A DNA stretch of 64,000 bases, taken from NCBI GenBank assembly GCA_964016885.1, contig OZ024741.1, positions 124,434,001 through 124,498,000 of the forward strand, written 5' to 3'. A model generated the notes under the pieces. The model did not search any database. It was not told where the DNA came from and worked only from the letters and a program-made list of their open reading frames with translations. The DNA is from Eledone cirrhosa. Taxonomy: Eukaryota. Below, one piece after another: positions 1-14,557 of the stretch; position 1 is the stretch's first letter; each line of letters begins with the position of its first letter. The translations under genes were made by a program, and so were the position numbers.

Positions 1-503
1 CTTCAAATTTAGCTAAAATACCTAGCCGTAGGAACACGTGCAACCCTGTAGTTAGTACTAACTGTAATTGTAGGAATCGGGCTGATTGTCCCCTATCCGG
101 GAAATGCCTCTCTAGTAACATTGTCTACAAATGTAAGGTTGTAACACCCACGTCCCGTAGGGCCTACATAGGGTTAACCGCCAATAGTTTCAAGCAGCGT
201 CTTTACATGCATACCCATTCTTTTCGTTACCCTCTAAGAAGGAATATGACGTCACTTTCAGCTTATATCTGGAGTCTAAAAGACAACCACACCCAATATA
301 AGTTACACTGGGAGATCCTAGCTAGGGCTAGATCGTATAACGGAAATAAAAGACCATGTGACCTCTGCGCCGCTGAGGCCCTGGAAATACTCTACGCCAC
401 AGACCACATCTTAAACAAAAAATCTGAGGCAATTTCGGCTTGTAAACATAAATTGCACAAAACTTTCCTGTATTACAGCCCTACGTTATACCCTAACGGA
501 TAG
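1..503 (+). mobile_element. Penelope-like element, C-terminal GIY-YIG endonuclease (Naiad-like), runs off window start
   Basis: Frame from nt 3 reads CNCRNRADCPLSGKCL..IVYKC..YIGLT..FKQR..H..SF..TSLS.YIW.LK..W.IL..CDLCAAE..LNKKSE..CKH; the extra CxC/CxLCxxE/CxH motifs resemble Naiad-type PLE endonucleases. Confidence 0.8.
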
Positions 504-1500
504 CACGATCTATACGTGGATATTTACGTCTTGATGTGGGAGCTAAGTATATGTTTTGTTTATTCCTTTACTTTTTGCATAGGTAAGTATATATTACCCG
601 TATGTTTTGTGCAGGTATGTATACCTTCTCGTACGTATATTTGACTGTTTTGCCGTATAATTTTTACATATTCTGGTATTTAGGGCTTGGTTATGTGTGT
701 ATGGGAGTTTTGCGTCTGCGTGAGTATGCAGGTTCGTACGTATGGTAGGTGTGTGTATATGTGTACTTCTTGTTTTAGTTGACTTACGTCTCCGAACCTT
801 CATGTATTTATTTGTAGGTATGTGTGTGCGCTTGTTATATACGTATTTATTTACTTATATACGTTTATATAATTATTTATTTATTTGTACACAAGCATAC
901 ACACATGCACATATTTATATGTGCGTGATTTTGTATACCTATGGTAAGGTTTTGCGTATGCTTGTGTATGTACGTATCTGTTTGCGTGTATGTATTTATT
1001 TGTTCCTATTACTTTTGTATTGTATTTATTTACTTTGTTCTTAACTCTGTAGCGGAGATTCATTCGGTCTCCTAGTTAGAATTTTAGTCTACGACTTCTG
1101 CTATACCATTTACGTGGTTTTGTCTTTGCACGCTATTGTTCTCCACGGTCCACATATGACTTATTATCTTCGTTTTTTCGTTCATTGCCAGAGAATGTCT
1201 CTATGCACCACTTAGAGAACATTAGTCTACGACCTCTTTTATACCATAAACGTGGTTCTGTCCTTGCACGTAATTGTTTTTCACCGCTCCTATTAATGAC
1301 GTATTATTCGTTTTTTCCCGTTCTTTGCCAGCGAACGTCAGCATGAACCAAAGTATCGTCTTCCTGTCTTCCTCCGGTTGCAACGTTTTTTGAAATATCC
1401 AGTTCTGCGTTTACAGATTGACTTTGTTAGTTTCAGAAGATCCCGTTAAGGGTGAAAGCAGCGATTCTTTGCTTAAATTTTAATCTGTTATTTTAATAAA
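504..1500 (+). repeat. 3' pseudo-LTR of the Naiad-like PLE with degenerate ~138-bp tandem duplication and terminal HHR
   Basis: ttagtctacgac...ttgccag repeated at ~1084 and ~1222; ends in HHR motif, then (TA)n. Confidence 0.6.
1429..1479 (+). ncRNA. Type I hammerhead ribozyme motif (CAGAAGA core variant)
   Basis: AGTTT-CAGAAGA-T CCC GTTAA GGG T-GAAA-GCA(loop)TGC-TT-AAATT; all three stems can pair. Confidence 0.65.
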
Positions 1501-1621
1501 TATAAATATCTATATATATATATATATATATATACATATACACACACACACATATATATATTTATATATATATATATATACACTCACACACACTCACATA
1601 TATATATATATATATATATTT

Positions 1622-1913
<292 letters not shown>

Positions 1914-1926
1914 CATATATATATAT

Positions 1927-2004
<78 letters not shown>

Positions 2005-2029
2005 TATATATATGTATAACTGTCAAAAC

Positions 2030-3330
2030 TCTATTAATTTAAGAACAGAATTATTTTCTAGTTGCAGATATCGCCAAAATTCCACTTTCAGAAGTATTTT
2101 TAATCCATGATATTCATTACACTTGACTGTATCTTATCCACCTTTAAACTGATACTATTATTTACTGAGTATTTCTTTAAAAATTAAACATTTTTTTAAA
2201 TGATCTTCTTTCTTAAATTTAGTATTTTTACCATTTGATATTCTTTTCATGATGATACACTTCTTAATTTATTTTTTAGATGTAGATTGATAATCTTTAA
2301 TTGACATTTACGATAGTTCTTCGAAATGCATAATACTTTTTTCCTCTTTTTGATCTTCAAACTTTTTACACATCTTTCGACTTAAGTAATATGTAATTGA
2401 AATTCTCATCCTTGAAAAAATAATCTCACACAAAATAATATATAATTTTCTCTACATACTTTCTGAGTAAATCATTCATCAAATTTAATGGTTAGCAAAT
2501 AAGATTGGAGTTAACTTTTCCTTTACAATTGAGCAAACATAGATATGATAAGTTGTATGATAAACTATATACCTTCGCTAAATTAACAATATTCTGAAAA
2601 CATTTTCAATGTTGGAACAAAATATTTGAATCTACAAATTGTTCTCCTCTTACAACTTGAACTACGTCTTCCTCTTAAACTGTTTTATGGAAAATGTAAA
2701 TTCAACATCCTTCATAACTCATGATAAATGTAAACAACTAATAATTGTGATTTACTTCTATAAAATCACCAATAATACTTATATTTGCACAATTTTTAAT
2801 CTATATAAATATTTATATACTTACAACCTGTTGCAATATAATAAGATAAAATGTACTTACAACCATCATTCTTCATATAATCTAATTGATTATATATAGA
2901 ATATTATAACTCATAATATAGCTAAATCATTTTTTTTTATTCTGGAATCACGTTCCATCATTTCTACAAACTTTTAATTCATTTTAAATTCACGTAAATA
3001 CAAGCTCTTCTTTCTACACATATATACATATATACATATATCCTAATAATTATTTAATTCTACCTAGCGTCTAAAATTAACATTTTTTTTCAGCCCTATA
3101 CCTCAACCTCATTTGCATACTCATTTTCATAATTTGGATTATATGACTTTTCATCTCTTTCCCGTCTTTCCTTTACTATCCAGGAAAAACTTGAACGGTT
3201 AAGTTCTTCTTCCTGGTTATATTTATACAACAAACTTTGTATTTTTTCTGATGACGGCGTACCAAAGTTTTAGTACTCTTGAAATATATATAATAGAATA
3301 AATATGGTTTCATAAATATAGTTTCCATTT
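2030..3330 (+). pseudogene. Highly decayed PLE-type RT followed by pseudo-LTR with HHR
   Basis: Residual motifs PKFH (~2073), SFDLSNM (~2374), G.NFS..I.NI.M (~2505), FMEN..S.SF and NHHS in order; HHR at 3248. Confidence 0.4.
3240..3300 (+). ncRNA. Minimal hammerhead ribozyme motif
   Basis: tatttttt-CTGATGA-cggcGTAC..GTACtctt-GAAA-TATA(TA)-TA-atagaata. Confidence 0.6.
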
Positions 3331-3405
3331 ATTTAATATCATTGTTTATATACATACATATATATATATATATACATATATATATATGTATATGTATATA
3401 TATTT

Positions 3406-3552
<147 letters not shown>

Positions 3553-3610
3553 ATATATAATATATATATACATATATATATAATACATATATATATATAT
3601 ATATATGTAA

Positions 3611-4346
<736 letters not shown>

Positions 4347-4349
4347 TAT

Positions 4350-4670
4350 AAGAGAGTATTGAAGTTTGCTTGAAGCACTGTGGAATAAAAAGGTATATTT
4401 CTTTAGGGCGTTTTGGAAGCCTCAACAATGCAGATGGGTAAATCTCCGAGTAACAAGATCCGGTGGTGGAGAGAGAGATGTAAGTGAATATAAGTAGAGA
4501 TGTGTAGCGTGTAGAAGAATGTAGGAAAGAGCGTAAAGAATAAAAATAATAACACAAGATAGAGTTACCTTCGGAGAGATTTAATTGTCCCTATATATTT
4601 CGGATTCACATCCATCAACTGGGGGGGGGGGTCCGAGGGAGGGGGTTATCTGGCGGAAAGGTGCGAAATA
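4350..4670 (-). mobile_element. PLE pseudo-LTR fragment with degenerate HHR-like motif (4588-4624)
   Basis: Minus strand ccc-CAGTTGA-tGGATgtgaATCC-GAAA-TATA-TA-ggg; homologous to 21040-21130, which follows a GIY-YIG tail. Confidence 0.5.
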
Positions 4671-4740
4671 TATAATACATATATATAAATATTAAATATA
4701 TATATATATATATATATAGTAATAATAATAATAATAATAA

Positions 4741-7700
4741 TTCCCCCATTACCTTCTGTTAACTTAAGAAAGATATAAATAGATTGACTTAGTGACCCGG
4801 CCAAACGGCAACAACTATGGCACTGCTGGCTCCCCCCTTCCCCACCAACTATAGAAAAAGCCCCAGCACCACCGCCAACAACAATAACAGGCAACTTCAG
4901 CGAAAAGTATATATTATTAATAATTTCATTCTTAAGCCACGCAATGCTCACATTAAGGAACCACTCAACATAATAACAATTTAAAAAAAACATCAAAAAA
5001 GAAAACCCCGTGACCAAGAAATGCCGGAATGGCGGCCGGCGGGGAATAGCCGTGTCTCTAGGGGAGGACGACACCTCTAGTCTTGGTTGACACTCATCCT
5101 AGAAGTGGTAACACGAAATGATTACCCCTTGGCGGATAAGGATAAAACGCGACAAAATAAAGTAAATGTCTAATGATAAAATCTCATACCGGATCGGCCG
5201 TCACCCGGGTAAAAAAGGGCCGCGTCCCTCAGAGAGGAACCAGACTGGGGTCGAAAAATCAGCTAATGGTTCAAACCTTCCCATCACTTCGGAGCTGGAG
5301 ACCTCCCATAACCAGAATACTCCTACTGTTGGCCCTCCATGCTCACCACCAAGAAATCCAAAGAAAAAAAGAGAAAAATGGTCAAGGGAAGATAATAAAA
5401 AAGTCCTTGAGGCTTTCTACACTGCCATGTACTACCCATCAAATACATCGAATACAGAACAGACATATATCAATTGGAAAAAGAAACATCCCGAAAACAG
5501 AGGCTATATTGACAGTAACAAACTAGCCAATATACGAAGAAATATTGTAAAAAAAAAGTTACTAACTGATATAGAAATTGATCAGATCAAGCTATTAGCA
5601 CAAAATCAGCGAAGGGAAAATGAAACATGTGTCAGTAAAAACGAGGTAAATTGTAACACTTCGAATCCCAGGGTTGGGGCGGAATCACTGACAACAGAAC
5701 AAATTAAAGAAAGATCGAAACATGGAGGGAGTGCATGCTCAAGATGAAACTCAAAATGAAAACAATGAGATCGTAAATGATAAAGAAATGAATGAGAATG
5801 AACTTGCCAACTTGAAGGATGAAATTATGATCGAATGGGTGAAAATGAAAGAATCTGTCACCCTCCCTAAGATCCAGAACTCCAAACAAAACCAAAAGAT
5901 AATACACAAGACTAACATAATTCTCAAAAACATTATCATCACAAACAAACTAAAGATTACTGATTTAAATCATCTCTATTATGCATCGGCTAAAGTCACC
6001 ACTCACTTATGTGGAGTGAAAATGAAAAAACAAAGGAATTCCCACAAGAAATCTACTTGGCAAGAGAACATCAATCGCCAAATAAACCTTCTCCGATCTG
6101 ACATAGAAATTTTAACAAACTATAAAGTAGGTGAACATGTTAAACAAACTAAACTTAGAAAATTGAAAAGAAAGTACAGTATAAAATCAACAAGTGACAT
6201 AGACATGCTGATAGAAATAATCAAGCAAAAAGTGTCGGCCAAAGCTGCTCGTATAAGGCGCTTTGAAAAACGATCTAGATTCTATAAGGACAATAATATG
6301 TTGAAAAACAACCAAAGAAACTTCTACAGAAAAATTGGTAAGTCAACAATAACTGCAAAATCAATACCACCCAAGGAGTAAGTGCAAGAATTCTGGGAAA
6401 AGATCTGGGCCGAAGAAAAAGTTCATAATATATATGCCCCATGGATAGACAGACAAATGAAAGATACAGCTCACCTTGAGGAACAAATATGGGAAAATAT
6501 AACAGTTGAACAGTTGCGTTTGGCTCTTAGAAAAACCAGCAAATGGAAATCCCCAGGAAAAGACAAAATACAAAATTTTTGGATAAATGCCTTCACAGAG
6601 TCTCATGAGCTGTTAGCCCAACTTTACAATGAAATAGTTAAGGAGCCAGAAAAGATACCATCATGGCTAGTTAACGGCATTACATTCCTGCTTCCGAAGA
6701 ATGATAAGACAAACAATCCCCAAAATTACAGACCGATAACTAGCTTGACCACATTGTATAAAATTTTAACATCAGTTCTAACTGAATATACATATGACTA
6801 CCTGATAACAAATGACCTATTTCCCATTGAGCAGAATGGGTGTAAACGAGGCTCATATGGCTGTAAGGATCAGCTTTTGGTTAACAAAATGATACTGGAA
6901 GATTGTCATAATAGACACAAAAATCTATCAATTGCTTGGATAGATTATAAAAAAGCATTCGATAGTTTGCCACACAGTTGGATTGAAAAATGTTTGGAGA
7001 TTTTCAATATATCTCCCGTTGTCAGGAGGTTTTGTCATTCAGTATGAAGACATGGAAAACGACACTCCTTTTGAATAGTGAAACAAAATCACTGGAAGCT
7101 GGAGAAGTTAATATTAATTGTGGAATTTTTCAGGGTGACTCTTTATCACCGCTTTTATTCTGCATCGCAATAATACCATTAAGTAAAATGCTCAATGAAA
7201 CAAAACATGGATATAAAGTCTATGACAAAACCATTAATCACCTGTTCTACATGGATGACCTGAAACTATTTGCAAAAAATGATGAACAATTGCAATGGAG
7301 TGATGACATTAAAATGGAGTTTGGACTAGATAAATGCGCCAAAGCAACGTTCACCAGAGGAAAGCTGATGAAGAGTTCAGACATTAATCTTGATCGGGGG
7401 AACGTGATAAGAGAACTTGATCAAGAAAAAACTTACAAATATCTAGGTGTTTGTGAAGGAAACGGAATCAAGCACTCGACAATGAGGGAAAGGATAAGGA
7501 AGGAATGTTAACGCAGAGTAAGAGCAATCTTAAGAACGGAATTGAATCCAAGGAATAGGATCGATGCCATAAACACGCTTGCCATACCAGTAGTAACCTA
7601 CAGTTACAATGTCATCAACTGGTCAAGCCCAGAGATCCGTAGGCTCGATACAAAAATTCGAAAATTCTTAACCATGCACAGAATACATCACCCTAAGGCA

Positions 7701-8918
7701 GATATAGATAGAATATATCTCCCTAGGAAAGATGGAGGACGTGGGTTAATCCAGTTAGACATTGCGTTGAAAACTGCAACAATTGGATTATCTACATATC
7801 TAAGGGAATCACATGATTGGATGATCAAACTCGTTTTGAAACACGAAAGCATCAAAAGATCATATTCCATTACAAGAGATGCACAAAGATACAGTAATGG
7901 AATACAAATTTCAGAAGTCCCATTTACTGCTGAAATGGAAAACACAGAAAAAGCAAAGCAGGTAAAAGTAACTGCAAAGAAAGAACTGCTACAGAAACTG
8001 GCTAAGAAATGGCAAGAAAAGCCTCTGTATGGAAAATACCCAGAGCGAGCTAACAATCCTGATGTTGACAAAACTTTAACCCATCAGTGGTTGGCATCCT
8101 CTGGACTGAAATCGGAGACTGAAGGACTGATTATATCAGCACAAGATCAGTGTCTGCCAACAAAAAATTACCAAGCCAACATAATAAAAAATGGGTGCAG
8201 CCCATTATGCCGTGTATGCAAAAAACAACCAGAGACCATTGACCATATAATTTCAATGTGCAGTCCTATAGCTCCAACCGGATACCTAAACAGGCATGAC
8301 AGAGCTGCACAATACATACATTGGATAATCTGTAAGCATTTTGACCTGCCCCATCAAAAGAATTGGTGGGAGCATCAACCACCTCCCATACATGAAAAAG
8401 ATCACATCTCAATCTTGTGGAACTTTAGCATCCAAACAGACCGAAAAATAGATGCAAATAGACCTGATATAATACTGAAGGACTTTAAAAAAAGGGTATG
8501 CCTGCTAATTGATATGTCTGTTCCAATAGACAAGAATCATTCTATAAGAACATTTGAAAAATTGAGCAAGTATAAGGACCTGGAGATAGAAATTGGAAAA
8601 ATGTAGAAATTGAGAAATAAAACAATACCAGTGGTTGTAGGCGCTCTAGGAATTATACCTAAGGGGTCTAATGATTACTTATCGCAAATCCCAGGAAACC
8701 CGCGTATAGGAGAAATACAAAAGATAGTACTAATGGGAACTGCCCATATACTAAGGAAGATTCTGTCAATATAAGTACAGCACAAGTCAAAACACCTAAA
8801 GATGCATGTGTGAGTATGTATGTTCTTTCTTGAACATGGCGGACCTTGTTGTCTCTTGAGGTCACTGGTTGTGACTTGGTGATAACTCGTTTGAACATAA
8901 AGCAAGATAAATGCAGCT

Positions 8919-8920
<2 letters not shown>
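4741..8920 (+). mobile_element. R4/Dong-clade non-LTR retrotransposon (RT + CCHC + restriction-like endonuclease), near full length, disrupted
   Basis: ORF pieces 5166-8777: WKSPGKD, NYRPIT, WIDYKKAFDS, GIFQGDSLSPLLF, YMDDLK, YKYLG, CRVC..ETIDHI..C, RHD, RPDI..D..K..KY; (AAT)n on both sides. Confidence 0.93.
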
Positions 8921-8965
<45 letters not shown>

Positions 8966-8967
<2 letters not shown>

Positions 8968-11900
8968 TTTCTTTATTAACCACAAGGGTTTACATAAAGT
9001 AGACATTAAGGACAGTGCAGGACAATACAGGACGGTACAAATGGGCATTTCTGCGTGTAAAAAACAAAAACAGAGGTTGTAACAAAAAATAACAATGAAA
9101 AATTCCCCAATAGGGGGGAGACTTCGGAGGGACATTTGTGGAGAAACCCCAGTAAAAGGCCACGATGACCCTGACCACCAAGGCAGGGTGCCCTCTCCCA
9201 GTTTACTACCTTTAATTTACAGATATATACTCAGAGTAGGCCCATTCACTCGGGCCATTCTTGCTTCTCTCACCCATCTTTCAACAAAATGCTGGGAAGA
9301 GAGCACTTCCCTCTCTACTCTGATTTTCCTTTTCAAATGAAATTTGAAAAAGTCAATCAGAGCATCACCGAAGAGGTAAGTGCTCGTCTTCAGCCCTTTC
9401 AAACGTGTCCACCATACTATCTCTTTCGCCATGGCCACCAGACAGATAAAAACTGCCTGCCCTTCCCGGCTAAAGGAGGAGGGCGGGGCAATCCTCACGA
9501 TGGACTCAGATGATAGCCGGATCCGTCCTAGACGCGACAGCAGGTGTTCGACATAAACCCACAAGTCAGCAATTTTCGGATACTGGACGAGTGCGTGCAG
9601 GACGGTTTCGTCGCCCTGCGCGCATCTCGGACATGCCCGGCTGACGGCACGTCCATGCCTGTAGAGTTTATCCCGAACTGGCAAAGCTTCCCGGTAGCAC
9701 TGCCAGGCCAGGGATTTCTGGAAGTTGTCCATAGGACCCGGCTCGAAAGTTCTTCCGAAGAGATTGGCTAGTTGATTTTCGTCGACGCCTAGAGTTTCCC
9801 CAAGTACGTCGTCGCTCTTCCCCTCCACTAATCCTCTATAGAACGCCAAGGTGGAGTTTCCACCGATCACATTGCCCGACTGGTCGAGGGCTGTGAGCGC
9901 CTGACGACATTCCAGTCTCCAAGCGCTCCCTCTCGGTCTTCGCTTGACCCAGGGCTGCAGCTCCGTCAAGGAGACGAGCTGGGAAAAGACGTGTCTAGCA
10001 AACGGTGACCACACCTGATCACCGTCGAGGAAGAGGTGGAGATGTCGTAGCCTGAGCGCGTGTCTGCGCATCATCAGCCACGGCATGCCCAGCCCTCCAA
10101 GTAGCGGGTGTTGACAGCAGATGGACCGCCTGACCATCGGAGCGCGTCCCTTCCACAAAAAGCGAAAGAGCAAACGCTCCAGCGCAGTCAGGCGGGGCTT
10201 AGGACAAGGTACGACGGTCAGGCGGTAGTAGATGACGGACGCGATGTACGCGTTAGCCACCTCCGCTCGACCTTTCAGGGATAGCTTCCTCTCGGCCCAT
10301 TTCTGGGTGAAGAGAAGCCACCCTGCTCGTCACCTCGTCCCAGTTTTTGTCCGTCTGGAGGTCCGGACCGAACCAGACCTGTAGCAATTGAATCGGTCCG
10401 TCCGTCCAGCGCCCGACGACGCTGTTAGACGGCATGGACCTGCCTCTCCAAGTGCCGAGCTGCAGGCCCACTGACTTTTCCTGGTTGATCATTGCTCCTG
10501 TCACCGCTTCGTATTCTCTTAGTGTAGTGCCGATCGCCTCGATGTGTTTGGCGTTCGACACCACTACGGTGACATCGTCCGCATATGCTGACACGGATCT
10601 TCCGCATCCTAGTTCGCGCGGGACCCCCCTCAACGTCTCCAGTTTGTGCAGTAATGGCTCGAGAGTCAATACGTACAAGAGGGACGAGAGGGGACATCCT
10701 TGGCGGACCGAACGCATGTTGAACGGTTCCGAAAGGTGACCGTTCACTCTCACCACAGAGCAGATGTCGCTGTGCATGGCAGCGAACCAGCCTCTGAAGA
10801 CGGGCCCAAAGCCAGCCGCCCTCAAGACTGCCGCTAGGTAACGATGGTCGACCCTATCGAAGGCTTTCGACTGATTTAAATTTATCAAAGACCCACCCGT
10901 GCCAGGTTCCCTAGCTACCCTCTCTACGATGTATCGCATGAGTCGGAGGTTGTCGTGGATGGATCTGTCGGGAATGGCGCACGTATGCGCCTCTCCCACC
11001 AGACCACCAACGACAAGCGCCAACCTCTTTGCTAGTACCTTGGCCAAAATCTTGAACTCTGTGTTTAGCAGAGTTATGGGCCTAAAATTATCTATGTTAT
11101 CCCCCTTGTTCGGATCCTTTCTCAGCAGCGCCACCGCTCCTCGGCTCACAGAGCTGCGAATTCTCCCGTTCTGTTGCCAGTTGCAGTAGACGTCCGCTAA
11201 GAGGCCTCCGAACAAGTCTGGCATTTGTACGTAAAGTTCATACGGCAGGCCATCCAAATCAGGCGATTTACCCCTTGTGCAGCTTGTCATTGCCTCCCGT
11301 ACTTCAGCGGCTGTTATCGGCTTTTCGCAACACTCCGTCTCAGTGGCCGAGAGCCGCAGCAGTCCGTCGAGGTAGACACTAAAGTCCATCCCTCGATCCG
11401 GCCAGCCACTGCCCCCGAACAGTTGAGCGAAGTGTCGCTGAAAAGCTTCACACATTTTTCCGCGATCGAGTAGCATGCGCCCGTCGGGGTCCCCCAAAGA
11501 CCGGATCGTGGCTTTGTTGCCTCGACGCGCCTCCGCCACTCGGGCCCATTGAACGGCTTTCGTCCCCTCGTGTCTGAGAGCACGCACCCTAGCTCTGACA
11601 ACGCAGCCTTCGTGCTTTGCATTGGAGAATTGGTCAAGGGCCAATTTCGCCGCAAGTACGTCGGTCGCGATGCCTTTGCAAAGAGCCTCGTCTAATTTTC
11701 TAACTAATTCTCCCTCTGCTCTATTTTTCTCTATTGCTAAAGCCTTACTAAACCTAATGGACTCTATTCTAATTCCTCTTTTCAGAGCAAACCACCACTT
11801 ATTGTTGACGATGGCCCCCCCCCCGTCAACGCCCGCTTAACTAGTTCGCTAATCAGGTCTCTGTAGGCCTTGCGCGCTGGTAAGGACGCGTTTAGCTTCA

Positions 11901-14526
11901 GTAGCCGGGTCCTCGTTTATGAAGCCTATCTAAGTCAAGTACACAGATCACGAATTTGTGGTCCGTGTAGCTGCCTATCTTGAATTGTGGAGAGCCTGCT
12001 AGACCTATCTATTTCTCTACAAAATACTCTATCTAGATATGATCTGGATGACCCTATGCGATTTGTCCAAGTCCACATTGGCACATTCGGGAAATCCAAT
12101 CGGTACCTGTCAGACAGTTCAAAACACCTGAGCAGGCTGGTGAGGCTCTTGCACCCTCCTCTCCTATCCGCTAATCCGACACAGTCCCAGCGTGCATCTA
12201 AGATCCCGTTCCAGTCGCCCACTAACATTAAAGAGCGGGACGTTCCAAGAAAGGTCTCCAGACGCCGGAAGTAATCAGGCCGCCCTGCTCCTGTCGGGGC
12301 ATAGACGGCCACTAACCTGAAAGCTTGCCCGTCTCCGCTGGACACGTCTAACACCACCAACTTACCTTCTGGATCCAGGAAGATGGCCCGTATGGCGAGA
12401 TCCAAACGTCTCCGAAAAAGCACAGCAACTCCCCCCCCCCCCGCGATCCCGGACTGCTGGGAGATGCCTACACATCGTAGCCGCCGAAGATCGGTGCGAA
12501 GGCCCGTGCTTCGGAGATTCTGGTCTCGCTGATGGCCACTACATCTATGTTTAGTGACCTGAGGTCGTTGAGCAGGCGGCCCTGCTTCCAAGACAACCCC
12601 AAGCCACGCGCATTTATGCTGCCTATTCTGAGTGAGGTCATGTTGAAATGGAGTGGAAAAGATGGGAAAGACCACATACCTTACTTCTCGTAGAGGAAGG
12701 ATGGTTTCTCCATCCTTTTCACTGCTTGTGGCCTCCTCCGGAAGGATGTCCTTATAAATCCTCCTGGAGAGTGTTTGTCGGAAGTCTCCGATGTCTTTGG
12801 GGAATTTTTGTTTTAGTGTCGTGTACGTTTTCTGTGTGATGCGAGTGATTTGTATGTGTGGAGGTGGTGTGAACTTTTGTGTTGTTGTGTAGTCTTTTTC
12901 TGTGATGCTGCTGTTGTGTTGGATGTAGTGTAATAATTGGTTGTTGTTCAAATTTAATGCTGTGTAGTGTGTATCGTTTTGGTTGTTTTGTTTTGTTTGC
13001 GTTTGTTGTGGGTTTGTTTCTGTTTCGCTTTTTGGTGACTTTTGTGGTGTTGGTGATGGTGGTGTTAGGGTTAATGATGGTGATGGTGTTGGTGTTTGTG
13101 GTGATGGGGTTGGTGATGTTAGTGTGGATGGTGGCATATCTGTCTTAACTTTCTTGTTCGATAATTTATTTGTTTCCCTCTGTATTTTGTTTTTTGAGGG
13201 GGAAGGAAGAGAATTTTTTCTTTTTTGGTTTCTTTTTTTTCTTTTTTTTCCTGATACCGTTTCCCACTCCTCGTCGTCACAATCTGTCTCCATTTGCGAT
13301 AAGCCGGGGAGTGGAAAATCCTCCACAGGCGTTGGTTTTGGTTGTGGTGTGGTGGATGGTGTAGGCGCTGGTGCTATTTCTGGGGCGTTGAGTGGTGGTG
13401 GTGTTGGTTTTGCTACTGTTGCTGGGGTTGTTGCTGTTACAGTTGCTTCTGTTGTTGCTATTACAGTTGTTGCTGCTATTTCTGCTGCTGGTGGTGTTGA
13501 TGGTTGAGTCATTTGGGTGGGTAATAGAGGTGGCCTCAACCTTTTAGCCTGAGGGCAGAAAGCCCTTAGGTGGGTTCCTTCACCACAAACAACACACCTA
13601 GGTCTTCTGCCCTCGACGATTACGGTGAGGTGGCTGCCGTCAGTGAGGTCTATTACCTCTGGGATCTCTTCAATGCTTTTATGGTCCGCTTGGATCAGGA
13701 GCTCCATCCCAGATCCGGACCAGTTCTCCTGCTTTTCTTTTGCTATTTCTATTATTTTGGTAGATGCCGACGAGGACGGCAGCCATTAGCCAGGGAATTT
13801 TGATGGCCGGTGGAACGTGGGTCGCCTTGATCTTCACAAGTCTCTGGCCACAATAGCTTGGGATGAGTGTGAAGTCGTCACTTCTTAATGGGGCCATGGA
13901 GTGTTCTCTGGCCTCCTGTGGTATTTCAAAGAACACGTCCACGGTTCCATACTTCTGCCCACGTCTGATGTGGGTTTTCTTTGCCCACACAAGTCCCAAA
14001 GCTTTTTGGATTTGGGACTCAGATGCCCGTTCCACTCGGCGCGATTTTATGTTTATTGTTCGATAAGACACGGTGCATAGGCGACGTTGCTCCATTGTAT
14101 TAGGTGGGGGAGTGAGGCTGACCCTGTACCCATCTTTCTTTAACACCTGCAGTCATTGGGAATGGCGGGAAATGAACATCTGCCTGAGACAAATTTAAAA
14201 TATTGCTACTGCTTACAATTCCAGTGTTGGCAAACGTAGCAATGTTTACAATGGTGGTGTCGGTGTGAGGTCTTGGATTGTGAGGAAGGAGTGAATCTGA
14301 GTCATCCATTATTTTTCAAAGAAAAAATTTTTTGTTTGATAATTATAAAAAGTTTAAATTTTGGGCTCAAGGCCCCAATATTTTTGAGTGTCCTTTTCAG
14401 AAATCAATGTATGTGCACTTATATATAGTTAACAATAAAAATTTTCCATAAATGGCAATTTTAAATAACTGAAAATAACAAACCTTTGCGGAGCTCACGA
14501 TGATACGATTTACTACGTAGGTCGCA

Positions 14527-14527
<1 letters not shown>
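8966..14527 (-). mobile_element. L1-group (Tx1-like) LINE, apparently full length, frameshifted
   Basis: ORF1 with CxxCx4Hx4C knuckle (CVVCGEGTHLRAFC); ORF2 from ~12641 with APE motifs (INARGL, AISET, VYAP, GDWN, WTW, LDRVF), RT (FRPITLLN, KAFDRVDH, RQGCPLS, YADD) and CPRC..ET..H; AATAAA then (ATT)n at the 3' end. Confidence 0.92.

Positions 14528-14557
<30 letters not shown>

Noticed and set aside
1-1500. Selenoprotein/SECIS as reported for some Naiad elements
   Set aside because: Cys positions in the visible EN use TGT/TGC, there is no in-frame TGA, and no AUGA-AA-GA SECIS geometry was found
11935-13707. 590-aa ORF suggesting an ORF1-APE fusion in the Tx1 element
   Set aside because: The APE N-terminus (MTSLRIGSINARGL) is in another frame; the fusion is best explained by a decay frameshift near the C-run at ~12430-12470
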